Shown piece after piece: positions 51,011 to 62,547 of a stretch of DNA of 64,000 bases. Numbering within the stretch: position 1 is the first letter of the stretch; each line of letters opens with the position of its first letter. The stretch spans positions 496,001 through 560,000 of the forward strand of contig NW_027272389.1 in assembly GCF_040938485.1 (NCBI RefSeq), written 5' to 3'. The DNA comes from Diadema antillarum. Lineage: Eukaryota. Under the pieces are notes generated by a model. It saw only the letters and a list, made by a program, of their open reading frames with translations. It was not told where the DNA came from and made no database searches. Made by a program: the position numbers and the translations under genes.

Positions 51011-52417
51011 AATCTTTAGTTGAATCTATTCATTATAAATAATTTGCATAGGGTAGAGTAATAAAATTACTGAATTAAATTCATAGGAACCCTTTGTAGT
51101 TCATATGAAAAGCACATGCTGCAGTAGCTGAAAGCCAGAAAAGGATGTCCTTATATCGTTAGTACGTGTATCATTTACAGTGAATCACTGGGGAAGTGAC
51201 ACTGTATTCTACCTGAGCACTAGGCAAAAGGAAATACATTCATACATTCACATGTGACTCATGTACAAACGGACACAAGTGATATTAGGATACTCTTGAC
51301 CTAACAACATATGTTGTCTATCCAAGCCAATTTAATTCAAATTTTCGACACTTTGCTTTTCTCATTTTCTTTTTACTTTGTTTGTGCATGAATGTGAGTG
51401 AGCTTGTTTATTTGTTTGTTTGTGTGTGTGTGCGTGTGTGTGTGTGTGTACGTATGTGTGTGTGCTTGCATTTGACGAATTTTTGGGATTGCAAATGGTT
51501 GAATGATTACCATGGCACCAAACTGATTTTGCTGTAATAAGACATGAGGCAATTAACTTCTCGTAAGAGCGCAGGCTGCTACATGTAGGACCTATCTGAT
51601 GAAGACGTACGTAAGTTGGGATTAACGGTGCACCAAACTCATCTAATAGAACCAGACACAATGACACATGACATGAAAAAGTCAATTTAACGGGAGAAAA
51701 AAACAAACGATTAAGCATGTTGATTGGAATTGAAGACTTGTTCCCTATGGGCAAGTTTACAACCGAGGCAGTAGTGTTGGATAGGGAAGTATGTGTCACA
51801 ATAAAAAAAGACATGATCTTGATCACCTGATGTAAAGAAAAAAATATACATATATGATATATAGATGAAAAATCAAGTAAACAATATTTTAGAGCACTCT
51901 TTTGAAACATATTAACGATGTATACTCATTTTCTAATACCCAAAATCGTTTGTAATATTGATCTTTATGACCCTTTTAGGTGATTCTTGTAGTGAATGAC
52001 TCTACTTGCACCTGCAAAAACCTGGAAGTAGGCGGTATTAACGTCATTTCCCTTTGCCCCACCTATCCTTGTTTGGTAATCCTCCCAGCAAATGGCTCTT
52101 AACTGTATCACATTTGTCTGATAATACAATATTAATGAAACAAGTACATCAATAAGGAACTACAAGTGTACTTGGATTTTGCCACTGATGCTACATATCA
52201 ACAGGAAGTGATCTGGTGTTCTTTACTCCACTTTCAAGGTCACTGCTCTGCATTCAGCACTTCACTGTACCGACAGGATTTGGCTGCAACACACAAGAAC
52301 ATGTGCACATACATGACCACGTTTTCACACGGGTTGAGATCAAGGCATGGTTGCAATGCTGACTTACAATTATAACGATTACAATTACGGTAGGAATTAT
52401 CATTCATACACGTATGT

Positions 52418-53215
52418 GGGTAATTCCATGAAGTTGGGGCAGTGTCCATGTAGCATCGTGATATTTGAAAAATACATTTCAGCATAACTCAATATTAATT
52501 ATGCTATACATTTATTGTTTGTAGGCTTTACATTTGCATTGAGGTCACACATTTTCCTGGAAATTTTGTGCCATTCAGACTCAATTTTGATGAAGTTATT
52601 AAACAATATGTAACGGTGTCCTGTAGCATCGTGACATGTCCATGTAGCATCGTGAAATTTTAAAATTTGGTCCTAAGAGACAAATTATGGCAATAACTTG
52701 ACCAAAATTTGATGCAATAAGCATATTTACTAGATTAGTCAGACAGCTAAATATCTCAAATTTCCTGAACACAGTTTTAATTTTAAAAGAAAATTACAAA
52801 ATGTATCACGATGCTACGCGGTGTCCTTTTTTGTTACACTTGGTGGACATAGTGACACATTGTGTAATTTTCTTGTAAAAGTAAAACTGTGGAAAGGAGA
52901 GTTAAGATATTTAGCTATCTGACTAATCCAGTAATTATGCATATTATATCAAAATTTGGTTAAGTTTATTGCATTAATTTGTCTTTTAGGACCAGATTTT
53001 AACTATCACGATGCTACATGGACACGTCACGATGCTACAGGACACCGTTACTTTTTTTTTAAATAACTTCATCAAAATTGAGTCTGAATGAAACAAAATT
53101 TCCAGGAAAATGTATGGTCTCAATACAAATGTAAAGCCTATAAAGAGTATAGCATAATTAGTATTGAGTTATGCTAAAATGTAACACTTTGTGCCCCAAC
53201 TTCATGGAATTACCC
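52418..53215. mobile_element. 798-bp foldback/MITE with about 380-bp degenerate inverted arms
   Basis: GGGTAATTCCATGAAGTTGGGGCA / TGCCCCAACTTCATGGAATTACCC; repeated GTAGCATCGTGA motifs; TSD unclear. Confidence 0.85.
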
Positions 53216-53995
53216 ATGCTGTACACACGCGCAAGGAAGGAGTTGCAGATTCTGCAGTTTTGAATTACAGAGCAAGGAGAGGAGGTATGGCTCTTTACTG
53301 AGTTCCCATCAATCTCTCTTGAGCAGTACCGTAAGGAGTATGTTTTTCTGTGAAGTGGTTGTAAGGTTACCTTAAGCTTCGACCCCCCCCCCCCCCCCAA
53401 ACACGATTTGGAGGTCAATCCTTACACACGACTGTGTCTTTCCATAAAGTCTGGAGATCGTCACTGAAAAACACCTTCAGACTGTCATTTGAATTGATTA
53501 CCATTTGCATTACCATTCAACTCAGCCTCCAAAATTCCAGTTTGCATACACACGGTCAAAATGCATCATTTGAATTATGATTCTAGTGGTGTATTTCGCT
53601 CAAATCGTGTCTCAAATTTGATATCCAAACTCGGTACTGTGAAAACCACCAATGACACATCCCGGTCAATGACGTTGGACACACGATTCTCACAGAGCCA
53701 ACGGAAGGCCTGAGGTATATCAATGGGTGTCATTATTTACAACACAAGTGCAGATCTGTCACAGATAAGGACATCACATATCCTCTCTAATCGATAGTGG
53801 AACTACATTGTACCATCTTTGCCACTTGATCCATCCTCACACACACCTCTTTTCATCTAGATAAATTCCTCAACAAGTTATAATGTACACATACGAGTGA
53901 TGTACAAGGAAGACACATGATTTTGGCTAGCTACTGTACAAATGCGACCAGGAATTACACACTGAATATCAGATATGCTTATAGTTTTTGCTGTC

Positions 53996-53998
<3 letters not shown>

Positions 53999-54031
<33 letters not shown>
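53999..54031 (+). repeat. (TG)n microsatellite
   Basis: Direct inspection. Confidence 0.95.
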
Positions 54032-54033
<2 letters not shown>

Positions 54034-56384
54034 ACACAGAAATATCACGGAAATATAACTAGATTTACGAGAAATTTGCAAGCTGAAGCAAATCTCCCAA
54101 CCGTCACAAATTTGGCAAAAAACGCTGGGTTTCTACATTCTTTTGTCATTTCGGTTCTAATATTTCAAAAGAAAAGAAAAATGCTGCAAGATCTTGACAA
54201 TTCTCCTCTTTTCCTGTTCTGCACTGAAATACCATGCACTACAGTAAGATGAAGTTTTGCGGCAACCCACTGATATCATGTGTTGCCGTGAACATTTATT
54301 GTTGTGACCGAGAAGATTACACAGTGCAAAGTCAGCGAGGTATGCAACCATCTATTAAAGCTCACACAAAGTTCTGGTACGCCTGCAAAAGTTGTCAAAT
54401 TTCGCTCCCAAATGTGAACGTAAGCCTAGGAAATGTGCGGAATAACGCTGTAATAACAAAATATTCGATGGGTAACGACAAAAATGTGAAATATTAACCA
54501 AAAAGGTTCAGTCTCAGAACTTACCCGAACGGGGTCAGGCTAAACTCGGACTCGGGGATAACTCGGCCTCGCTTTGACGGCGGGCTGAGTTGTCTTGGTT
54601 GTCCCTCTGGATTGTACAGTGTTGTACTATGGGAACGGCCTGTATAGCGCTTCACGTTCTGGCTACTCGCAGTAATGGTCCGAGTTGTCACAACGCACAC
54701 ATCAAAAAACCTCTTTGGCACGCATGCAAAGTTAGTGTGCGCCTATCAAGCACCTCTAAAAACAATCAAAGACGCTTGATAAACAACAACAAAAACTTAA
54801 ATGACAGCGCGTCTCAGCAACTGAGGTGATGTGCGTATCGCTTGAGGACCGCGCACTGTCCATTTGTTTTGTACAGGATTAGCACGCACTTTCCTCTCTG
54901 TTCAGTTAGGCCTCGTTTGGTATTGGGTATTATATGCCTACAGTAGAATATGGCGATCACAAACTGCGTGCAAATTGTCTGAAATAGGGTCGAGTTTTCC
55001 CTGAGACCGAGTTAGTCTGGATCCTTCCGGAATAAAAGTCGGTTTTCCGACTTTTATTATTTTTCTCAAAATACTCCAAAACGACTCATCATCCTGGCAA
55101 ATCGCGTCAGCCAGGTAAGTTTCTTTGTAGACTCTTTCGATATATTGCGAGCAAATATGAAATGGTGCCAGACGGGTTCTCAATCCCTTACCAAAACTTT
55201 GTTTTCACTTTAAACCCTGCTCCCCGTAGCCAGATACATATATCTACGTAAGTATGAGAGGAAGGGACTCGAGGTAATAGAAATATATCTAATCTCGAGG
55301 TTTCATTGTAGGTGGTACTACTCTGGTCTGCCAACATTCCCGGATCAGAATTTTTTTCTTCTGCTTTAATTACGGACATGATATGATATCTAAATTCTCA
55401 GGGAGCCTCTTACAGACTACAGGAGACTTGGTACATTGTAGCTCTGTAACATTTTCATACATTATTGTTAATTTTTTGAACTTTTAGTAACCTAGGAAAA
55501 TAACAGTTTAATGATAAAACTACACATCTGAAGGTAATCTTCTTGAAGATTGGAAGATAATATATGCATGAAGGGTTTTTTTTCAATTATTTTTTCTCTA
55601 ACTCAGCAGATAATACTTCTCTCAGATGCACAAAACAGTGACAATACTGCCGATACGCTAGTCACAAATTTTTGCCCTTTCAACCTCTTTATAAAACTAC
55701 TATCACCCACTCCCTCTCAAGGAAGAGACTAAAGGAGGAGAAGGGGATATGATCAATTCAAATTAGCCTTCCTCATTGTCAGCTCAAGCTTGGAATGCAC
55801 ACTAATGGGATTTGGTGGAGAATAGGTGAGCGGAGTTGCTTCTTTTTTTTTTTGAGTGGTCCCAGGGGACCCCAAGTCACTTCCTTATCGCCGCCGAAGT
55901 TATCTCCTGGCTGGCCGACCAGGAGACATCTCCTCAAAAGCAATTTTGGCGCTGTGATGTGAAAGCAATTTGAATGAAATAGACATGAGGAGGATGATTC
56001 CTGTGTAATGGTCATAACCATCATGAGTTGTACTTGGATGAATTATATATACTTTTATTATTATTATTATATATGACACAGCAAATGAAAAATAATACAA
56101 CATCAAACAAGTTAAGCAGAACAACCAGGCTTAGGTGAGGACGAAAGCCAGTTCACACTCAATAGAAGGTGGATTTTGAGTCACACTTACTTGAAAACTG
56201 TCTCAACACTACTACAATTTCATATCGATTTTGATAACACAGTATTCTTTGTCTTCCAAGACATTGCCATACAATGATGATATGCTAAGTTGAATCTGCA
56301 TATCAGAGTCAACAGATCAATCTAATTAATATTCTGCATTATAGATCATAAATGCAACGGGACTTCTAAAGAGGCATGAGGATA

Positions 56385-56591
56385 CTGTAAAACACGATAT
56401 ATTCGCGGCACGAAAATTTCGCGAATTGGAGCCGACGACCTTTCTCGCGGCGTGAAATTTTCGGGAATTGCCTCTGGCGTCCCATGCGTATTGTGCAGGC
56501 AAGAACTTTTGCGTGCATTTTATTTTCACGAAAGTTGGCACTCGTGAAATTCGCGAAATTAAAATGCACGCGAGCATTTCTCGTTTTACAG
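56385..56591. mobile_element. 207-bp CTGTA-type MITE (related subfamily)
   Basis: TA|CTGTAAAAC...GTTTTACAG|TA; CGCGAAA-rich interior. Confidence 0.8.
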
Positions 56592-56923
56592 TACACCTAT
56601 ACTTTTACTAAAATATGAATCACACTCTGGAGAGATGAAACAAATTATATTTATAGTATAATCATTTCTCCATTTTTTTCTTCTTCTTCTTTCTTTCTTT
56701 CTTTGTATTCTGTTTTTGTTCTTGTTTTTTCAAAATGCAAAAAGTTACACTTGGAATCATTGATCCTGTCCACCCAACTTCCCCCTTTTAGATCTTTATT
56801 ACACTGTACATGATGGAATATATAATAATTTACAGTGAACACATCAAGTGTATGCAAAATATAATGATAAACTGATGGGCTGCAGCTGCACACAAAAGGG
56901 CATTGTCCTACAATATATATATA

Positions 56924-59461
56924 TGTGAGGGTCACAGTAATATCAGCACTCACCCCCCCCCCCTTTCCTGTGATGATTACACTCGCTCATTATATTATGT
57001 AGTATTTATATGTATGTTTATCTATTTGATTCTCTATCCACACATGTAGGTGCATGATATATCACAGTACTCTAGTTGTATAGTAGAGGTACATACACGG
57101 TGGTGTAAGGTCAGGAGGTAATTTACATAATCATGGGAAACACCCCCCCCCCCCATAAGTGGAATCTCCCTGTGAGGGGGTAAAGCGTGTCCTAAAGTTA
57201 TTCAGAAGGGGCACCTCCTTTGATCATTCTTGAGAAGGCGTCCAAGCAGGCAACGTCACTTTAATCAACCTGCTCCTGTGGCTGTAGCATAGTCCCGTCC
57301 CTCATCCTTTGTACAAAGGTAAGAACATCTGTATGATGTGTCTTTGATATTTTATATTGATTAACATCATAATTTATGTGGTGTTCATTATATTACACAT
57401 GATAATTTGAGAGTGTTTGGTTTTGCCAAATAATTAATGGATGAGGTTTCATTCACAAACGAGTGGTTAATGAGGATGGCATGTCAGTTGCCCATGAAGT
57501 GCATTAGCGACTTAGAATTTATAGTTCTGTTCTATCTATGTTTTATATCTATGCTTTAGTGTTATCAATATGAAGTGATATTGGTAGGGAACATCACTTA
57601 CAGCAAGCTTGATGAAGGACTGTAGATGTTTCTTATTTCATCTTTATTCTATGTGACTTTGAGAAGCGTGCTTGATGCAGAGGGTAGCATAGAATATAGC
57701 GCTGTGGTGTATGGAGATAAAAGCTAAGTGTTCACACAGCCCGATGTACACTATAGTTGATTTTGGTAGGCACGCTAGAGGATTAAAAACAAAGGACAAT
57801 GAACTTGGCCCCAGTACAGGGGATGATACAATATGCTGGTAGGTGCCTCGGCTTACAAAGGGTGACTGCCTTAAAGCAGTGGCTACATTCCAAAGACTGT
57901 TCTTTTTATGTTTACTGCTTGGCAAACTTCCTCTCTAACTATTTCAAAGACTTGGGTTGATGTGTACTATGCACTGTGCACCCCTATTGATGAAGATGTA
58001 GGCAAGCTGCTCTTTGTTTCTATTATGAGCGAAGGAGGTAGCTAGTAAGATTGAGTTCAGGCAGGAAAGCCTCTACGCCCATTGACGCATGTACAATATA
58101 TTTCAAGTTGCTAGATATAGGAAATAGGAATATATATCCCTTGTACATATGTATCTATCTTTTGTATATAATTATGTCTATTACTGTGCTATCCTAGCGA
58201 AGGCAACTGATCAGTCCTTTGAGTATAGCTTTCAAACCGCTGTATGATGCATTATTTTATCGGTTAATATAGTTAGCACTGGTTTATTAGTACAGTGAAC
58301 GATGCTTGGGTCGAATAATTCGATTTGTTCATCATAAACACAAGCACATATTTGATTTCATTCATAGATTCCTAACATGGGGAAAGATTTAAGAAAGTAT
58401 ATTCATTTGCATTGTCAATTTTAGAAGACACCAAGACTTCTGTCAAGTGGATGGACCCCAGCGCACTGCACATGCTGTAATGTCAGAGGTGAATAGTTTT
58501 TTCTCAATATTGTGTCTCATATCTTGTATGGTAATGAAATCAACAGGCGGAATATTACTATGACATAATAATTATTATGTTTTGCATTCTTGGAGTTTAC
58601 TTTTCAGATGGCTTTGCCTCCTTGAATCAAATAATGTTGTTACTGTTGTTGATAGAAGATATAGAGTTTGCCTGTCATGGAAGTTTGACGATAGTGCATT
58701 AACGCTATTGAGTCCGTGTGACATATGTATTTGGTTGCAGGCGACAATCATATCGTACATTCAAAACTGTATGGTTTTACAGATGAATTGCGTATCAACG
58801 AAAGCTTGAATAATCAAACATTACCAGCTTTAATTCAGATAATACAATGTATTGTAATGTTCACATATTGGAAAATACATATTGTAAATACACATGTCGC
58901 TGCGTTATGTAAATATGAGTGTGTAAAGTAACGAGATGATTGGTTCATCCCTTGTGTTATGTAGCTTCTGTGGGAAAGGGACACGGACTTGCTGTATTCT
59001 GCGTCGGACAGTGTTGCGTTGTTATTCGTTGCTTGTTGCGTTGCATTTTGTTATTTTTAAATGTTGCTCTGTTATTAGCCACTTTTAACCGTTTGCTTTA
59101 GATTCGTTGCGTTGCTTTTAAGAGCTGTTGTTGCATTGCCTCTTGTTGCTTTTAGTGTTGTTTTGTTATTAGTTGTTTTTAATTTGCTATAAGTTGCTTT
59201 TCGTTGTTTTAAACTTGTTTGTTTTGCGTTCAGTCTAATGTTACAATTTTGGAGTTATTTGAGTTTTGGCTTAGTTTGAAATACTGCAACAAAGTGAAGT
59301 AATAAAGACACCTTTTTTTTTTGTAACAGAAACAGAAAAATTATCTTTGAGCATTCCTTCTTTTCCCAGTCCTTATTAAATAGAACCAGGTGATTGATTT
59401 TGTCTAATTGAGTCTGAGCTATTGTAGGTCAACACTGACTGGACGTGTCCAGCCGGTCACA
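56924..59461 (+). repeat. 5' LTR (2538 bp)
   Basis: TGTGA...TCACA termini; followed by the PBS; AATAAA at 59301; duplicated from 62548. Confidence 0.9.
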
Positions 59462-59467
59462 TAATTT

Positions 59468-59486
59468 TGGTGCCGAAACCCGGGAT
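59468..59486 (+). other. Primer-binding site complementary to the tRNA-Phe 3' end
   Basis: TGGTGCCGAAACCCGGGAT is the 19-nt reverse complement of eukaryotic tRNA-Phe ...AUCCCGGGUUUCGGCACCA. Confidence 0.92.
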
Positions 59487-59590
59487 TACTGAAAAGAAGG
59501 AAGCTCGCATAGACTTAAACTCTAAATTGATTAATAAGTTGATAAGGTTTAAAGAAATAGCAACGCAACACTGTCTAATTAGTCGTCAAG

Positions 59591-60683
59591 ATGGCCTCTC
59601 CCATTCCACCGAGTGATGTGAGAACTCCAACAGACGATCCCCGCAGCATGCCGAGAGCGACGTCGACGCCGGAGCCGATGACTCCAGCTACGTGGCAGTA
59701 CCCAAGGCCAGCTGTGACCCCGCTTCAGATGGCAGGATTTGACCCCGTTCCTGAGCCGACACAGAGACAGGACCAGTTCATTACGCCGAGGCTCGTGGTG
59801 TCTCATCAAGTCAAGGGTGTCAATGTCTTCACAGGTAAGGGGGGAGTAAAAGTAGAGGATTGGGTGCGTGATATGAAGTATTTCATAGAATCTAAGGGCC
59901 CAATGCCGCCACAAATGCAGTTCAATGAAATTGTTAGGCACACAGGGGGAAGAGCGCGGGACCTCATCCTGAATTTGGAGCTCCGTGGTGACGAGGAGAT
60001 GACGCCTTCGCTGGCTTTCCGAGAGCTTCTCGACGAGTTCGGGGACCACGACATCGCCCATGGCAAGCTTCTATGCCCGAACTCAGCAGGCCAGCGAAAC
60101 TCCATCCGAGTACGCTGTCGCACTGGAGGCAAAGCTGAGGATCGCACGAGATAAGGGGGACCAAGCGGCAATGGTTGAAAAGCCCGTGCGGGACGCTATG
60201 CTTACTACCCAATTCATGTTCGGCTTGAGGGACCAGAAGGTCAAGGCTCGTCTAGCCCCGATGAGACCGAGGGAAATGACATTTCGAGAACTTAGATGGG
60301 AGTTGCACGTAATCGAATCAGAGGGGCGTCTGACCTCGGCCCAGGTATACAGGCAAGATGTGAAGGAGGCGTCGAAGGATGCACAGACGATAGAGCAACT
60401 CACTAGGAGTATTCAAGAGCTGGCCGCCACACAGCATCAGCATATGGATCTGTTCCATAGGGTAGTTGAAGACCAGCAGAGGAGGATTGCTGAATTCGAG
60501 AGTAAGTTGCAGCAACAATGGATTCCCCGAGGTGGCAGTCGGAGAGGGAGAAGAAGAGGTGGTGGGCAAACACAACATAGCAATGCTTGCTATACCTGTG
60601 GACAGCCTGGCCACTATTCACGGACTTGTCCCAATCGACAAAACTCGCAAGGCTTCCGTGGACCTCAGCATCCTTTAAACTAG
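59591..60683 (+). CDS. gag: Gag (PNMA-like capsid plus CX2CX4HX4C knuckle at 60588-60629), split by a +1 frameshift near 60047
   Basis: ORFs 59591-60154 and 60060-60683 give ...LDEFGD/TTSPMASFYARTQ...QFMFGLRD...CYTCGQPGHYSRTC. Confidence 0.88.
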
Positions 60684-60713
60684 TTCGACCTGCAGACGAG
60701 GGGCAGTCTGTGG
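60674..60713 (+). promoter_or_regulatory. -1 programmed ribosomal frameshift signal (T TTA AAC plus stem-loop)
   Basis: Heptamer 60674-60680 ends at the gag TAG; the pol ORF is in the -1 frame; 8-nt spacer, then cctgcagac / gtctgtggg stem. Confidence 0.8.
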
Positions 60714-62488
60714 GTGCATTCAACAAACGTAGCCCTGGAAGAACTGGATCAAGCTACCAGACGCAGGTGACAACGGGGAATAACACTGGTGAGGAGGAGC
60801 TTGTGGTGTCCTGGACCCCTTCCTCAGATGTGAAACAAGCATTAGACATGCCAGTCGATACAGCAGCAGAGCAGACGAAGGATGACTCACCCTTGCATCA
60901 GGCGGCAGCCAGCCACAACGTTAATGTTACACCTGCAGAGCAACATGATGATGGCTCATCTACTTTGTTGGCAGGCGTAGGTGTGGAAGAGCTTGCACGG
61001 CTGCAGAGAGAGGACGTCATTATCAGCCGAGTTGTCGAGCTCCTTCAAGCCGGACAGAGACCAGCCTCACGTCAGTTGCGAAGGGAAGCAATCGTTGCTC
61101 GCTTGCTGCTTCGACAGTGGGATAGACTGCACGTGTGCGAGAATGGCGTACTATGGTATAGTAGAGGAGATCGTAGACTACTCGTTCTGCCTAAAGGTCT
61201 GAGGAAGCTGGCTCTCCGTAGGGCACATGTTGAAATGGGACATCTTGGGCTTGACAAGACTTTGGCACTCATGCAGGACAGATTCTACTTACCTGGCATG
61301 AAGACAATAGTCCAGCAGTACATCCAGAGGTGTCGAAGGTGCACTGTCCGGAAGACGACGGAAGCAAAGTCCAAAGCCCCACTTCAACCCATCAAGTCAA
61401 GCAGACCACTTGAACTGGTATGTATCGATTTCCTTAGTTTGGAGACATCACGGGGAGGCATAGAGAATGTCCTGGTGGTCACGGACCACTTTACTCGCCA
61501 CGCCCAAGCTTTTCCTACTAGAGACCAGTCTGCTCAAACAGTGGCTAGGACTTTGTGGAGCAGGTACATAGTTCACTATGGCATACCTGAACGCTTCCAT
61601 AGTGATCAAGGCAGGTGTTTTGAGGCAGCTCTAGTACGCGAGTTATGTGAACTACTTCACATACAAAAGAGCAGGACAACGCCGTATCACCCACAGGGGA
61701 ATGGAATGACCGAACGTTTCAATGGTACACTCCTTAATATGCTAGGAACACTGGAGCCATCGCAGAAGCCGAACTGGAAGGAGCACGTTGAGTCTCTCAC
61801 CCACGCATATAATTGCACCAAACATGCATCGACAGGCTTTTCCCCATTCTCTTTGATGTTTGGAAGAGAGCCACGTATCCCCCTTGACCTCATCGGCACA
61901 CCCCCGGAAGATGACGACAAATCCATCTCCAACTATGTCGACGAGCTTCGCCTTACTCTCCAAGAGGCTTATCGAAATGCCCACGAAAATGCCGAAAGTG
62001 CTCGCGCCAAGCAGAAAGGCACGTATGACAGGAAAGCCAAGGATGCTCCCTTTGAACATGGAGATAAGGTACTCGTAGCACATAAGGCACTGATAGGTCG
62101 TCAAAAGCTGGCTGACAAATGGGGTGAGTCTCCTTACACTGTGATACGCAGGCTGCCAGACCAGGATGTCTACACTGTCAGAGAGGACAGTACAGGCAGA
62201 GAGCGGACTCTTCACAGGAATATGCTGACTGCGTGCACATTTTTGCCGGGTAGCAGTGAAAGTGAAGACGATGCTGATGAAGACAGTACAAATGTATCGA
62301 GTGAAGAGGATGGCAGTATTGCTCGTGTGGACCCAAGTTCGAGTCATCCTCCAGGGAAGAAGCGCAGTGAAGTCGATTCAAATCGTCAGCGGCGCTCATC
62401 GAGAACACGACGATCTCCCCAAAGATATGGAGGCCCAACCTCTTCCCTCAGGGTGCAACAAATACGACCTCGACTAAATTCAATTTAA
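60674..62488 (+). CDS. pol: Internally deleted pol: linker plus intact integrase (no protease, RT or RNase H)
   Basis: H-X4-H-X29-C-X2-C; CIDF, HSDQG and MTERF with D(35)E spacing; GPY/F-like WGESPYTV; RRSSRTRRSPQRYG tail; no DTG/DSG or YxDD motif. Confidence 0.93.
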   Translation, partial: FKLVRPADEGQSVGAFNKRSPGRTGSSYQTQVTTGNNTGEEELVVSWTPSSDVKQALDMPVDTAAEQTKDDSPLHQAAASHNVNVTPAEQHDDGSSTLLAGVGVEELARLQREDVIISRVVELLQAGQRPASRQLRREAIVARLLLRQWDRLHVCENGVLWYSRGDRRLLVLPKGLRKLALRRAHVEMGHLGLDKTLALMQDRFYLPGMKTIVQQYIQRCRRCTVRKTTEAKSKAPLQPIKSSRPLELVCIDFLSLETSRGGIENVLVVTDHFTRHAQAFPTRDQSAQTVARTLWSRYIVHYGIPERFHSDQGRCFEAALVRELCELLHIQKSRTTPYHPQGNGMTERFNGTLLNMLGTLEPSQKPNWKEHVESLTHAYNCTKHASTGFSPFSLMFGREPRIPLDLIGTPPEDDDKSISNYVDELRLTLQEAYRNAHENAESARAKQKGTYDRKAKDAPFEHGDKVLVAHKALIGRQKLADKWGESPYTVIRRLPDQDVYTVREDSTGRERTLHRNMLTACTFLPGSSESEDDADEDSTNVSSEEDGSIARVDPSSSHPPGKKRSEVDSNRQRRSSRTRRSPQRYGGPTSSLRVQQIRPRLNSI

Positions 62489-62547
62489 ATGTTGTTGTTT
62501 TCTTATCTACATTGTTGAGGACAACAATGGTTTTAAACGGTGGCAAA

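Noticed and set aside
51362-51910. 182-aa minus-strand ORF as a candidate 5' TIR-gene exon
   Set aside because: No domain-like sequence, includes a (CA) microsatellite, and lacks fitting splice sites
59579-62438. Antisense and alternate-frame ORFs overlapping gag/pol
   Set aside because: Shadow ORFs of genuine coding sequence
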